A stretch of DNA of 62,519 nt, counting the filler. It is 13 parts of 13 records of this genome, joined end to end, with 100 filler letters (N's around TTAATTAATTAA, not from the genome) between each part and the next. Parts side by side here need not be neighbours in the genome. Positions count along the whole stretch, not along the records: positions 8,703 to 12,615 come from SRR9188676_2864; positions 12,716 to 21,013 come from SRR9188676_2865; positions 21,114 to 27,127 come from SRR9188676_2866; 10 more parts are not named here. One strand, given 5' to 3'. A program made the position numbers and the translations under genes. Position 1 is the first letter of the stretch. Each line of letters begins with the position of its first letter. Below the pieces are notes generated by a model. The model ran no database searches. It had not been told where the DNA came from and saw only the letters and a list, made by a program, of their open reading frames with translations. This document shows, piece by piece, positions 10,855 to 23,487 of this stretch.

Positions 10855-12609
10855 ATGAACGAAAAACGAGTGAAGCGCACTCGTTCTGATATCTTGACGA
10901 TACTTCTGGACTCCCTTGTGCCATTGCAGCTCTCCTCTCAGAAGGCGGTTTCAGAAAGACCACCTCTTGCATCACTCTGGGATTCATGGAAAAACACAAG
11001 CTTCACTCTTCCTACTCTCATTACCAAGTCGACTGCCTTTGAAGAGCAAAAGCAACAGCTACGGGCCTCATATATCTATCAGCAAGATCGATTTGGTCGA
11101 ACCGCACTGTACTATGCAAGCAGAGCCGGGTATACTTCATGTGTGGCGCGGCTTCTCGAATCTCTTCCTCGCGAGGACAGACGCGCTTACCTTCTTCATC
11201 AAGACAAGCTCAAGAAGACTGCTTTGACTCATGCGTTTGAAGCACATCACGAATCCACTGCGACATTCATGGTTCAATATCGGCTCATTCCGGAGCAAAT
11301 GAAACAGAAACAGACATTTCAGCTACAGAACCCTCCGAATTCCCAGCAGCCTGATGAGTTGGATCTCTGGCGGAGGAATGCATTGATCCTCGCCTCTCAG
11401 AATAGCATGGATTCTCTCCTTTCTCGTCTCCTGGAAGAACCCCGAACACGATTATTCATGATTTTTGGACAGGACTTGGATGAAAAAACAGCTTTGATGC
11501 ATGCATGTGAAAGAGGACACTTATCAATATGCCGTCTCTTACTTGGGCCATTGGACGATGGCCTTCGACGATCACGTTACATCTCTATGCTCTGCAAGGC
11601 CAAGAAATCAGCGATCAGCTATGCATGTGACAATGGTCATATCGAGATCGCTTTGCATCTCATCGAGGCGATTACCGATTCTGATCGCAGAAAGCTCAAC
11701 ATCGTATTTGATCCGAGTGCAAAAGTATCTTCTCCTCCTCTTCCTCCGAACCTAAGGATGATGCCATCTTATCCTGCGTTAATCACCTCTCTACAAACCC
11801 CTCCATTTGCCCTTTCCATTATCCACGAGCTCATGCAGGACTCGCAGAAGACCCAGATAAATTTGAAGCTCCAGATTAGAAGAGTCACTTCCAAGGCTCT
11901 CATGCATGTGTTCATGGCGCAACAGGAAAGCTATGATCTGCGGCTTGTGTTTCATCTGTTTCGATTACTGATGAAATACCATGATTGTTCATCTCTTTTT
12001 GAGTATCCTATCGACGCACTCATGCAGCCTTTCACAAGATTCCTCACTCGCAAATTTGTATCCAGTCCGATTCCTACTCTCACTAGAAATCCAAGACCCA
12101 TCTTTTCTGAGCTTCATTGTCTGATTTGCATTTTCAACTTGCTCCCCTCAATCCCAAGCTGGTACATTGGGAGGTCAATGTTTTTAGAGCTCAGTTCTGA
12201 GCAGGCTATCTCTCCGTTCATCCTATGCTGGAGTGACATGCTAGATGCCCTTAATGCGTATACCATGAATCCTATTGAGGATGTTACATTCCACGGCCTG
12301 AAATATGCCAAACATGCCTTCGATCGATTCCTAGTAATGTGTGATGAACTTGAATCTTCCGATAATCAAGCTCAGAAATACGACAGTACAGTTCATGCGT
12401 TATTCTGGGGTTGCGCTTCGAATCGCATCGTCTCTTCGACTGGCATCTATCACGAGCTACCAAGCATCATGGATGTATTTCCAGTCACTTTCATTAAGTA
12501 TTTGAGCAAATCTGCCACGGATCTGGGCCAAAATAGTCTTCGGCCCCACGAACCGAATGATGCTTCCATCCTCGAGCTGCTCGATCCATGCTTGACAGAT
12601 CATATCTAA
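10855..12609 (+). CDS. Intronless ankyrin-repeat protein with unknown helical C-terminal domain (paralog B)
   Basis: GRTALYYASRAG, KTALMHACERGH, KSAISYACDNGH. Colinear similarity to paralog A along its length. Confidence 0.85.
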   Translation: MNEKRVKRTRSDILTILLDSLVPLQLSSQKAVSERPPLASLWDSWKNTSFTLPTLITKSTAFEEQKQQLRASYIYQQDRFGRTALYYASRAGYTSCVARLLESLPREDRRAYLLHQDKLKKTALTHAFEAHHESTATFMVQYRLIPEQMKQKQTFQLQNPPNSQQPDELDLWRRNALILASQNSMDSLLSRLLEEPRTRLFMIFGQDLDEKTALMHACERGHLSICRLLLGPLDDGLRRSRYISMLCKAKKSAISYACDNGHIEIALHLIEAITDSDRRKLNIVFDPSAKVSSPPLPPNLRMMPSYPALITSLQTPPFALSIIHELMQDSQKTQINLKLQIRRVTSKALMHVFMAQQESYDLRLVFHLFRLLMKYHDCSSLFEYPIDALMQPFTRFLTRKFVSSPIPTLTRNPRPIFSELHCLICIFNLLPSIPSWYIGRSMFLELSSEQAISPFILCWSDMLDALNAYTMNPIEDVTFHGLKYAKHAFDRFLVMCDELESSDNQAQKYDSTVHALFWGCASNRIVSSTGIYHELPSIMDVFPVTFIKYLSKSATDLGQNSLRPHEPNDASILELLDPCLTDHI

Positions 12610-12844
12610 TAAACANNNNNNNNNNNNNNNNNNNNNNNNNNNNNNNNNNNNNNNNNNNNTTAATTAATTAANNNNNNNNNNNNNNNNNNNNNNNNNNNNN
12701 NNNNNNNNNNNNNNNATCAAATGAGATTATCTTAATCTATCATTGTAGATGGATGGAAATTGAGGCTCATAACAGCCCCGGAGCTGATGATCGGCATATA
12801 AGAAAGAAAAAAAAAGGTCTGATTAAAATCGGAGGAAAGAGTAC

Positions 12845-13720
12845 CTCCACGACCACCTCGGCCGCCACGGAAGCCACGACCATTGAAGTCGCCCCTGTCT
12901 CCCATATGATCCATACTCCTACCCCCTCTGTCATCTCTGCGAGGAGCGCCGCTGTTGTAGCTTCGGTCTCTTGGTCCCAATCTGTTCCAATCCATGCCCC
13001 TGCCCCGTCGGTCTTGGTCATGAGGAGAGCGAGATCGATCAGGGCGATCAGAACGCGGCTTAAATCGATCCGCATCGCCCCCGGTCTCAGGCCGTCTCCC
13101 GACATTGCCGTCGCGCTCTCTTGGCCTATCGCGATCGTGTGTGCGATCCCGATCTCTTTCACGCTCTCGTTCTCTATCCTGTTCCCGTTTTCGATCCCTA
13201 TCACGGTCACTTTCCCGATTCCGATCCCGATCATGATCCCTATCACGGTCATCTCGGCGACCATCTCGTGCATCATTCATTTTGTGATTCACAGGAACAT
13301 TGTTTGGGTTAGAGTCCCCTCCTCGGCGCTGGAATCTATCTGAGCCCCGGTCATCTCGCTATATCAGGAAACCCAAGAATGAGAATGAAGATTTTGTGAG
13401 AAACCGAAATAATGGGAAACCACTTACCCGCGATAATGTAGAACTATCACCCTTTCGTTCGGAGTCACTCCGGTTCAACCTGGATAGATCATTTGTATGG
13501 CTCCTATCAGCTCCTCTTGAACGATGATCGCGCGAAGGCCTATAAAGAACAAGCAGTACTTCAGAATGTGATTCGCATGAGATGCAAGAGAGAAACGTAC
13601 GATTCACGCCGTGGTGCGGTACGATCCGAATCTAGCAAGTATCACATCAGTACATATATCCTCAACAAAGCAAGGAGAGAAGGAAAGTGGGGGAAAAGCA
13701 ATACCGGTTCGTGCCTGCAT
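12845..13720 (-). CDS. Arg/Asp/Glu-rich, RGG-containing protein (probable RNA-processing factor); 5' exons only
   Basis: Four frame-compatible exons (MQART/DSDRTAPRRES/PSRDHRSRG.../RDDRGSDRF...RDRDRERE...RGFRGGRGGRG). Truncated by the contig end. Confidence 0.65.
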
Positions 13721-14004
13721 TCTTCGGATTTTTGTCTGACCTGCTCTGACACGTGACGTGGACAGGAACATGCAAAATTCTCACTTTTCTGGGTTTTCTC
13801 TGCTGTCTATTGAAGGGTGTCTACTTGATTAAAGCACGACATTGGGCTCCATCACTGATGTCCCATTATTATGACCGATAGTCCAACCCGTCCAACCCAT
13901 AAAAGGACCCATTCGGATGAATATCGACCACGTATCCCGTCTGATGTCTTTTCGCATTTGATCGAGCAGGATGTAGCGATCCTACGGTAGGATTTCTTTT
14001 CATA

Positions 14005-17000
14005 ATGGTTTTCAGAAATGTAACATGTTCATCAAAAACTAGATATGAAGAAAGCCTGAAGGAAGAGGCTGTCTCTCCTGCACCAACCAGCATCGATGAC
14101 TATCGAAAGTTTTTCCATTTCCCATCTCATGAGGCATTACATGGGGAGTATATATGTCAACTCCAACTTGTAAAGCCTGTACGAGGGAAGTTGATCCTTT
14201 GGGACTCATATGTCACCTTTCATGCCAAGGTTCGTAACTGAATTGTGATGCAGTGGTTTCATGTTTCCCCCCCCTAAAACTCTGGTTTGAAACTCTGATC
14301 AGATTCGTGCCGTTGAAAATAAGTTGTGTATTCCTTATAGCACAGTGGAGAAGGTCTCCACAACCTTTGATGAGGTAATCGGTTTCTCAATCTGCCATTT
14401 CAATCATCTCTGAGAACTCACCTTTTTTCCTCTTAGGAAAAGACACAGAAAGAAATTCTTCTCTTAGAAACTAAGAGTGATCGGTTCCAATTTTTTAACT
14501 TTGATGGAAGTCTTCCTAGTCAAGCAAAGGATTTGATCATGTCCTTGAAAAAGAAGTGGATCAGTACGTTTCTCTTTTGTCTTTTCTCAAACCTCCATTT
14601 TATACTCAAATACTGTTTTTTCGATCTCTCGCTAGTGAGTAGTATGGTTGAAAAGGGGCTTGTGGACTTGGCTTCTGCTCTTACAAGGCCTGGAGTTTCA
14701 GATATTCGTCCGCCGTCTCATTTTTCTGCAACCAGCACTCATAGCGCAGCGTCTGCATCTGTGGCTCTTCCCCCCACTGGACCTTCTCCCGCAATGGCTA
14801 TCATGTCACACCATAATTCATCAAACTTGAATATTTCTCATGAAACTCCACCATCCTCTGGATATAGCACCCCGCTTAGTGGAGGTGGAACTCCTCAGAT
14901 CACATCTCCAGGACAAGCACTCCATATTTCATCATTCCTGCCTCTCTCGATTATAGATCCTTCAACACCAGTGAATTCAAACCTTGATTCACCCAAACTA
15001 TCAAAACCTATTCATCTTCCGATTTCCGTTTCCACATTCACCACCTCTCAGACTGAGACACGACAGGACGAAGATGACATCGACTCTCATCGAGCCGGAA
15101 CAGACTCTTCTGCATTATCAAACAATCGAGACTCTGATTTGGGAAAGAAACGGCCGGCTTCAAGCCGCTTCTACCCTCGTGTCACATCGATGGATGAGTC
15201 GACAAATTTATCATCCATTTCTGAGGACAAGGCTGTCGATGATTCAACAACTGAACCCCCACGTAGCGCTGAGTCGAATCAGCATAAATTTAAAGGTGGT
15301 AAGCACCATTCCATGCGTCTTCTACCGACAACACTCGCGAATGCGCTGAACCACAGTGCTGAGATGGACAAGGACTCCAAAGATGGTCGCGCAAACAACC
15401 TCCAGCGGAAACCACATCAAACTGACCCCACAACAGGTGCGCTACTCAATCGATTTTTTGGACAGTCAAACCCTTTTTTTCTCTGGCTTGTTGTCTTGGG
15501 ACTCATCCTCCATATATTATCCGCGTTTCTGTTTTTCCTGTGTGATCTACTCAGTTTCTTGGCTTTGGTTGCGGATCTTGTTTATCGTACTGACTCTGTC
15601 TGCCTCTTGATTTCAACAGAGAAAATGTGGCGAGCCTTTGCTGATATTTTCAAGCTTCCCGCGAGCGAACATCCGATCCGCGAAGAGTCTTGCATCCTGA
15701 AGCGAAATGAAGAGTCATCGAATGAGAAGGATAAAGACAAAGAAGCTCCGGGAATTTTGTTTTTGACTCACAAACATTTATGTTTTATTCCACAGGTAAT
15801 GCGAACCGAATTATTTATCATTCTCTGTTGTCATCCTGAATTTTGACCTCCTGGATCGTGATATTCCTATTTGCACACAAGAACAAAATCGAGACAGAGT
15901 ACACATTGCTTCTAATTTTTGCCTCAGACGCATTTTTTAAATACTCTACTCTTTCTGTCTTTCCCTTATCGTAGAAATCCAAGATGAGCTTTACGCAGCG
16001 AATGTTTGGCAAATCCGGGAATAATTCCCCGATCACCGATACATCGCTATGTGTGGATCTGCGTTCCGTGCGTGACGTAGCGGTGGCTCTTTCGCCTGCT
16101 GGAGGCAGCCTTACATTCACGGCCACTGTTTCCGGTTCCGGTGTCTCCCATTACAAAGTACGAATTTGTCATCTCGCTGATGTGGGTCGTCAGGTCATAT
16201 CTCTTGAAGCGACAAAATACAGGACACAGAAGAGATCGAATGCAAGCTGATCGATAGCTTTCGATTATTCATCTGCCAAGAACGTCAAATCTAGAATGAT
16301 CGCCCTGATCCTTTCTCCCTCTCGATGTGGTTTTGTATTCGTTGTTAGATTGTTGGGCTGCCGCGAGCTATGGAGACGAAGTGTGCGATCGATGCCCGCA
16401 TCACAGTTGAAGAAGATCGCGAGCAGCGTGTTGCCGCCCAGCAGCGTGAGCGCATTGAGTTGGAGAAGCGCTACGAAAACGTGCAGAACCTCAGAACCAT
16501 GATGGACCTTGAGAAGAAGACTGATGTGTGTTATTCCACAGATTACGGCTTCGGGACTGGTATGTTTCGCAGCCTCTGCAAAAAGTCATGTCAACCTATC
16601 TTCCCTGCCAACTTCAATGCGACTCTTCCGACGTCAGGACTAAAAATCATTGAGAGTGGTTCTTCATTGCGTCTCTCGTCTGATTTCATTCATTTTCTTT
16701 TTCCCCCTTCTGTTCCCTCTCACGAAAAATTGTATTGTCGCCCGATCTTATCCTGCCCTATATTATCCCGTAGACACAAGCGGGACGCCATCCGAGGATT
16801 TGCGCGCAAAATGGCGCAGCTGGCTACAGGATCATCATGACCCCGCTCGTGAGAGAAGTTCAAGTGGGAGTGGAAGCTATCTGCTAACCTCGGGGGAGTA
16901 CTCCAGTTCCGTCATCTCTGTCTCTGTCGCGGACTCCGATACTCCTCATCACCTGGCTTCATCGTGAGTGTTTGCCATCCTTATTCGCGCGACTTTAATT

Positions 17001-20000
17001 CTCTACCGAATGACTCTGACCATACTTGGCGATTAAAAGCCCAAACCCCCAGAATACATATCGCTTTTTTATTTTTCGGTCAGATTGTGCTTTCTTGTTA
17101 CTCACTGATCACCTACCTCTCGCTTCCCCCCTGGAGATTCTGAATAAAAATTGCCAAAATCACAAATCCATTTCATTCCGGTTGCGTTCCGGGTAGATTT
17201 TTTTTATATGTGATGCCTTTGGGCTTATGATGCATTTCCTCTTGTGGTTTCTCAGAAAACAATCCGACTTCGAGTCCATGTCTGCATCAGAGGGCGCTGA
17301 GGATCTCCCTGCAGGCCAAGCCCCAGTCAACGCAACATTATCTCAGAGCCATCGAAGCACGAGCAGCAGCAGTGCTGATGGTAGGGCCAGTACCGATGTC
17401 TCAGCAGGCACAAGCAGTGACTCGACGGAAACCGCTTTTTTGCGCGACCTAGTTGTGCGTGGTATCCCCATGGACGTCAAGTGTGAGGTGTGGGAGAAGC
17501 TGGGCCGCAGAAGGGGCATTTTCCCGAAACAGCACTGGGACCCCAAGTACTATTTACGGCTTGTAGTCAGCTCCATGCATATCGCTGCAAAAGCGGAGTC
17601 GCAGCAGGAGAATAGTAATCAAAATGTTCAGGGCGGCCTAAATGGAAATAACAATAACAGTAGTTTGAGCATGAGCTCTCCCAGCCTCGCTGCACCATCG
17701 GGAACGGCAGAATCAATCGGGTTGTCGTCTTCAGAGGGCCATGTCACGGAGGATGCAAACGAGCTTCAAGACCCTGGTCTGGAATGCCAAACCACTGCGA
17801 ATGCATTTAGGTACGTCGAACTTTCATCGTGCTTTTGTGCTCATTGATTGCTTCCTGGGCGACTGAACGATGATCCTCGGACACCTTCTCAAATCTCTCG
17901 GCGCCTCTCTTCTACTTCGAAATATTACCGTTAATTATCACGTAGAAAGAGAAAACCCCCGCTCTTGCATGCCTCGCCTGTAATTTTTACAATCTAACTC
18001 AACAATTCTCTCTATGATAGCTGCGATATCCCTCTCTCGCCCGTATCGCCGTCGTCTTCGCCCTCTCGCTCCCCCAGTGCGACGTCCTTCCCTCTGTCTC
18101 TCCCGCACGCTTCACACACGGACAGCAGCGTCCCTTCGCTGACAGAGGCCGAGTTCCTGGCCATAGTGAAGCAGATCGATAAGGATATCTCTCGAACGTT
18201 CCCGAACCACCCTCTGTACGCGGAGCACGGGAGCCAAGGACAGCGAAGGTAGGGATAAAAATGAAGACCCATCATAAGGCCTCCTCTCTCACGGAAACAG
18301 CAGTCCTTCATCCATATATAAATGTGGTTTATTTGTTAATGAACACAATCAGCACAACTTGAATTCAATGGGGAAAATTCTCGATTGAAAAATCGTGTCC
18401 TCTCCCACACTTCTGTACCTTGACTTCTCGGGTCAAGAAGTTCCTGATTACTCTTTCCTTGAACGCACCTATTTTCTGGATCCATATACTCACGTCATCC
18501 TCTTGTACTTTCCAGGATGCGCGAGGTACTGATTGCTTATGCGCGACATAACCCCAGCATTGGCTACTGCCAGTCCATGAACTTCCTCTGCGGTCTGCTG
18601 CTCGTGTTTATGGTATGTGCATCATTCGCCTCTCCCACATTTTTTCATTTACTCTGCCGTGAAGCGTAAGTACAACGAGTGAAACTTCGATGGTCAGGGG
18701 GCCCTTATAGAAGTGAAATGCCTCCAGTAATCGATGTTTCATCCGTAATTCTTCTTGGTGATTTTAGATTGTTCTATTGGACACGCTTCGGGAGATTTTC
18801 ATGAATGATCGAGCTGTTCTGAATTCTCAGTGACACACCTCATGCGTCTTCTTTCTTTCTGCCTGATCCTCCCAGAACGAGGAGCAAGCGTTTTGGATGC
18901 TGCATACACTCGTGCAAGGGCTGTTGCCGCCGGACTACTACTCTGAAGGTCTGAATGGTGCCCTGACGGACCTGATTGTGCTGGACCACCTCGTGAGCCT
19001 GGAACTCCCCGAGGTGAAGCAGCTGCTGGATGTGATGGCGTTCAGCATCCCGGCGCAGTGCATGCAGTGGTTCCTGTGCGTGTACGTGACCGCACTGCCC
19101 GTGCCCACCGCCCTCAGGGTCTGGGATCTGTGCTTCCTCGACGGTGCGATCACATTGTTCCGCATCGCTCTGGCTATCTTCAAGCTTTGTGAGGTAGGAA
19201 AAATCTCCTTGGAAATTTCATCTGTTCCAATTTTCCCTTGTCCTTCATCTGCTGTTTCTCATTTCTCCCGATTTATTTGCATTACTGGACTTAATACTTC
19301 GACAATCACACGGTGTTCGTCTACCCTAATTTCATTCTATCTGCATTTTCTTTTTTCCCCCACTTTAGAGCGACATCTGCGCCGTCTCAGAAGAGAACCC
19401 CGAGGAGCTTCTTGAGATTTTAGCTCAAATCCGCACCCTGTCCCCAGACAGTATTCTGCAGACAGCCACATCACAATTTTCGCACATCACCGATGCGTAC
19501 ATCACGTCACTACGGGCCAAGTTCGCCTCTGCACGGATGTCCTCACCAGGACAGAGATCCTCGGACTCACCGCCCACAACGTCCACACCCACACCTCCAC
19601 CGACGTCCACTCCCACATTAACTCAATCTCATACCGTTAACTCCAGAGCTCATCCTCAAAGTAGTACGACTCCAAACACGTCCACAGCACCACACATACA
19701 CATGCCATTGCCATCCTCACATACAACTCCCTCCTCATCATTACCATCATCAGTATCAACATCAACATCAACACACACAACCTCTCAAGCTAGTAGTACC
19801 CATCCCCCGTCCCATTTTTCCTCCCATGGACATTCCCAGTCCACAATGTGCGCTAAAATCACAATTTCGGCCAATGACCTTCTCCCAGGGTCGATCTCGG
19901 CCCCGGTCAGCCCAACCAGGCGTTGCGGCAGCTCGAACTATGATAGTTCAGGGGAGACTGATGGATATGATGGCGAAGAAGCGAGACATTTATTGGACGG

Positions 20001-20968
20001 TGGGAACTTGAGCTGTCCACGGAGTAGCAATGAGGCTCGTGTTTTGGATCGGGTACTACATCAGACATCTTCTTGCGACTCCTCGTTGAATTTGTTCGAC
20101 AACGAGAAAGAGAAAGAGCGAGATAGAGAGCGAGATAAAGACCTCCGTCCTTCCACCGCTCCCGTAGCTTCTAACACTACAAATAGTTCGACTGTCCATG
20201 CTTCCACTGCTGTGCCCGCTGCCGGCGCGGGTATTGTTTCTTCTGCGACTGTCACGCCTGTGGTGACCCCCACCATCACCCCAACTGCTACTCCTGGGTA
20301 CGTGTTGGATTTATCGGTTTTGATATTCTGAATCTCCTGAATATTCTGCGAACAATAATAATAAGAAAAATGGATCATGCTAACCAAAATTTCAAACCCC
20401 GAGGAAATGGTTGACATCCCTACCATATTTTTATCTCTCAGTTCAAACGTCTCACGATCAGTGTTTGAATTGAAATGAGTCAAGGCTCAGCTTACCCGAA
20501 TTTGTTCGCTCTTACTCTTTGCACCTACAGGCATAGCCCACCTCGAATCATCATCCCGCCCCGCAGCCCGATCCAGAATGTGCTCAGTGCAGGGCATGCA
20601 GGGCAAGCAGGCAGCCCCACCGTCACTCCGACCTCCGCGACGGGCCAGTTCACCTTTTCAGGTTCTCCGATTGCCACACTGAAACCGCCTCCACCTCGCT
20701 CGGGCAAATCCCGAGGCACCCACCAGCGAGGTGGTAGCTGGGGAGACTCGCGGCAGTTCTCCACTGCGCTGAATCTTAGTATGGGCTTGAGTCCATCAAG
20801 TGCAGGTGTCGGGACGAGCCCGAATTCTCCTGGATCAAGCGGTCCCGGATCATGGACTTCAGAGAACCGAGATGAGGTTATACCTCCCCTAATGGGGTCA
20901 TTATCACTGTCCGAAGCGCCAACGATGGCAAACTTTGGAGTTCAGCAGCAACAACAGCAGCATCGCAG
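14005..20968 (+). CDS. GRAM-GRAM-TBC Rab GTPase-activating protein (TBC1D8/TBC1D9-like), multi-exon, 3'-truncated
   Basis: GRAM1 (YRKFFHFPSHE...RGKLILWDSYVTF) and GRAM2 (FADIFKLPASE...PGILFLTHKHLCF). TBC motifs LVVRGIP, QIDKDISRTFP (Arg finger), GYCQSMNF (Gln finger), EEQAFW and LRVWDLCFLDG. Confidence 0.93.
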
Positions 20969-22334
20969 GTATGAACATTTCTTAATTGTTAGGATAGTTT
21001 CGCAATAGATTATNNNNNNNNNNNNNNNNNNNNNNNNNNNNNNNNNNNNNNNNNNNNTTAATTAATTAANNNNNNNNNNNNNNNNNNNNNNNNNNNNNNN
21101 NNNNNNNNNNNNNAAATTCAACTCAACCACACCTTTAGTGCTTCTTACCGCCACCATCACCACCACCACTCACCCACATCCCATCATTGATCAGGCGTTC
21201 AGCAAAGAAATGAGTCCTATCAGTCGAAATTGACGTTGACCACTCGAATAACCACGTTTTCTTAAATACCCTATGGACGAACGGAGGAATGTTAGGCCCA
21301 GGTCAATTTTGATTTTCGGCGACTCGGAGTGTTGGAATCGGACCATCTCTACTTGACTTACCCGTACTCAGTTTTTTTCTCGTCAAACCGATCACGTTAA
21401 AGGTTCACTTTGTATACTAAACTCTTGATCCTGACGCGACTCTTTGAAACTCTGAATCGAAGAAAAGACCGAATCCCACTCTTCATATCATGAACACTGA
21501 ACGAACCATCACATCCACGTCAATCCAACTCGATGACATTTATATTTTTTTCAGGAAAATCATGGCGATAATAAGCGACGTCGTAATACGTCATGCTATT
21601 CGCTACCTCATTTTCTTGTGTTCCTGAAGTCTTTTTTCTTCTTTTTCCCCTATTTTTTCGACGACAATCTCCTGCGATCTAATTTTTTTTTCCCAATTTC
21701 TTTCGTTCTTTTTTGTTGTTTTTTCTATTTATTCCACTTCATGGTCATTTCCTGGTCATTTCTCCTGGTCATTTCTCTCAACAACGAAATAAACTGAAAT
21801 AAACATAACTCGATCAATAGCTGCCGTTGCACTCGTGGCTTTATTCTTATCGCTTTGTATCCATCCAAGCTCGGTATGCGAATCTGGCGAGATTATCTGA
21901 TCATATGTGAGATATGTACCTAGAAGGTTGTGTCATTTGGCAGCATGGGCAGGAGGAAGCACGAAGCACCATAATATAACAAATAATATCACCACTGTTT
22001 TAATGAGGGATGTCCAAGTGTGAATTGTTCCTGTATTCAGCAATACTATTCATGGTTGCCGACTCAAGGGTGCTCAAGGGAAAACGATGCTGGAGCACGG
22101 GGGACGTGGGGAGGGCGAATCATGAAGATGAGGCTGTGAGGGAAGAAGGCAGGTCGCAGGCAATAGTTTGAAAAACTGACATGTTCAACTGCATCGGTGC
22201 GGCCCGGGGATCATGAGTTATCCGGAATCTCCGGAATGGTATCATGGTACCTGAGGACGTGACCATCATTTTGAGAAAGATGAATGGGGTTCAGAGGACA
22301 ATACATGCAAGTGTAATATTTTTCACTGTCTCAA

Positions 22335-23259
22335 TTATGCTGACTTGAAGCGATACTTGGAATTTGAGAGTTCGTCGATGGCTTGCTGCCCAGATGCTCG
22401 CAACCGTTGAAAATACACTTCGAGGGCCAGGAGGCCAATGTTACACGTGGGCACCCAACCAAATGCCATCCACAAGCTGGATCGGTCCTCTGACAGGGCA
22501 TGAAACAATGTATTGATGAGAAATCCAGGAATTAGAAGGTATCCAAGAAGTACAAGACCTACCGAGTTCTCGCAAATCATCAGGGTTTTCAGGTGTGTAG
22601 AGAATGCAGAGCCTTGACCAGAAGAAGAGTACAACCAATGCCAGAGGGATCGAGAACATCCAGCAGAAATCGCGAACATTCATGGTGGCTTGGCTATTGG
22701 GGAAACAACGGAATAGGAAAAGTTGGATTGGAGGAATGGCTTGGCTCGATGCGATCGGTGTAAAATACACGGCGAAACAAGTCAATCCGATCCCAATGGC
22801 ACTCAAGAGAGACATAAGTCGAACACTAGTAGTTGTAGTGAGACCTGCCTGGAGTACATGCCTGTCGAGTGAAGGGGCAAAGGGAAAATTAGAATTTATA
22901 AAAATGGGAAGATGAATTCCTCGGATATCTAACCTTTGGAGAGGCCACCACTCTGGGTTGATTGTAGCATGAAATAAAATGATAACAAGTCCGAGACCAG
23001 TTGTGAGAAGGACCGTCTGCAAGAGCGCTGAGAGTATGAGCCAAATGTTCATCAACTGTTATTTGCGCCTGAATACCTTCCATCTCCTATTGATGGCTTC
23101 ATCTTCTTTTCGTAAGTTATCAATAAGTTGTTCTTGGTCTAACAAAATGAAATGTCAAATTGTTAGCGCCAAGTTGAAGATAGAAATAGATGCTTTTTCT
23201 TTACCAGATTCATCCAAGAGGGCAACTTTTTCTTCATTGCTTTCATTCGATTTGATCAT
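22335..23259 (-). CDS. Eukaryotic multi-pass membrane protein of unknown function (5 exons)
   Basis: Spliced product begins MIKSNESNEEKVALLDES/DQEQLIDNLRKE...W, has several hydrophobic helices and ends IDELSNSKYRFKSA*. This resembles an uncharacterised plant/fungal family pattern (LDExEQExLI...LxxxKYxxKxA). Confidence 0.7.
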
Positions 23260-23394
23260 TTTTAAAAGAGAAAATCTAAAAGAAGATGACAAAGCTCGAC
23301 TTAAAAGTAAAAATATCTAATGCGGTGGAATAAACTCAGGTAAAAGAATGGTGCCAGCAGCAAAATCGAAATTGAATTGATGAAGTTTCTCCTG

Positions 23395-23438
23395 ATTGGC
23401 CACACATCGAGGGAAAGTAAAATTTGGCGGGAACGCGA
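23395..23438 (+). promoter_or_regulatory. Putative CCAAT box (ATTGG 23395-23399) plus E2F site (TTTGGCGGGAA 23423-23433) in a bidirectional promoter upstream of HAT1
   Basis: Reverse complement TTCCCGCCAAA fits the E2F consensus and lies ~55 nt upstream of the HAT1 ATG. Confidence 0.5.
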
Positions 23439-23487
23439 CATCTTTTTCCTCTTTCCATCTTTTCGGCCGATTACTACAAGAAAAAGA

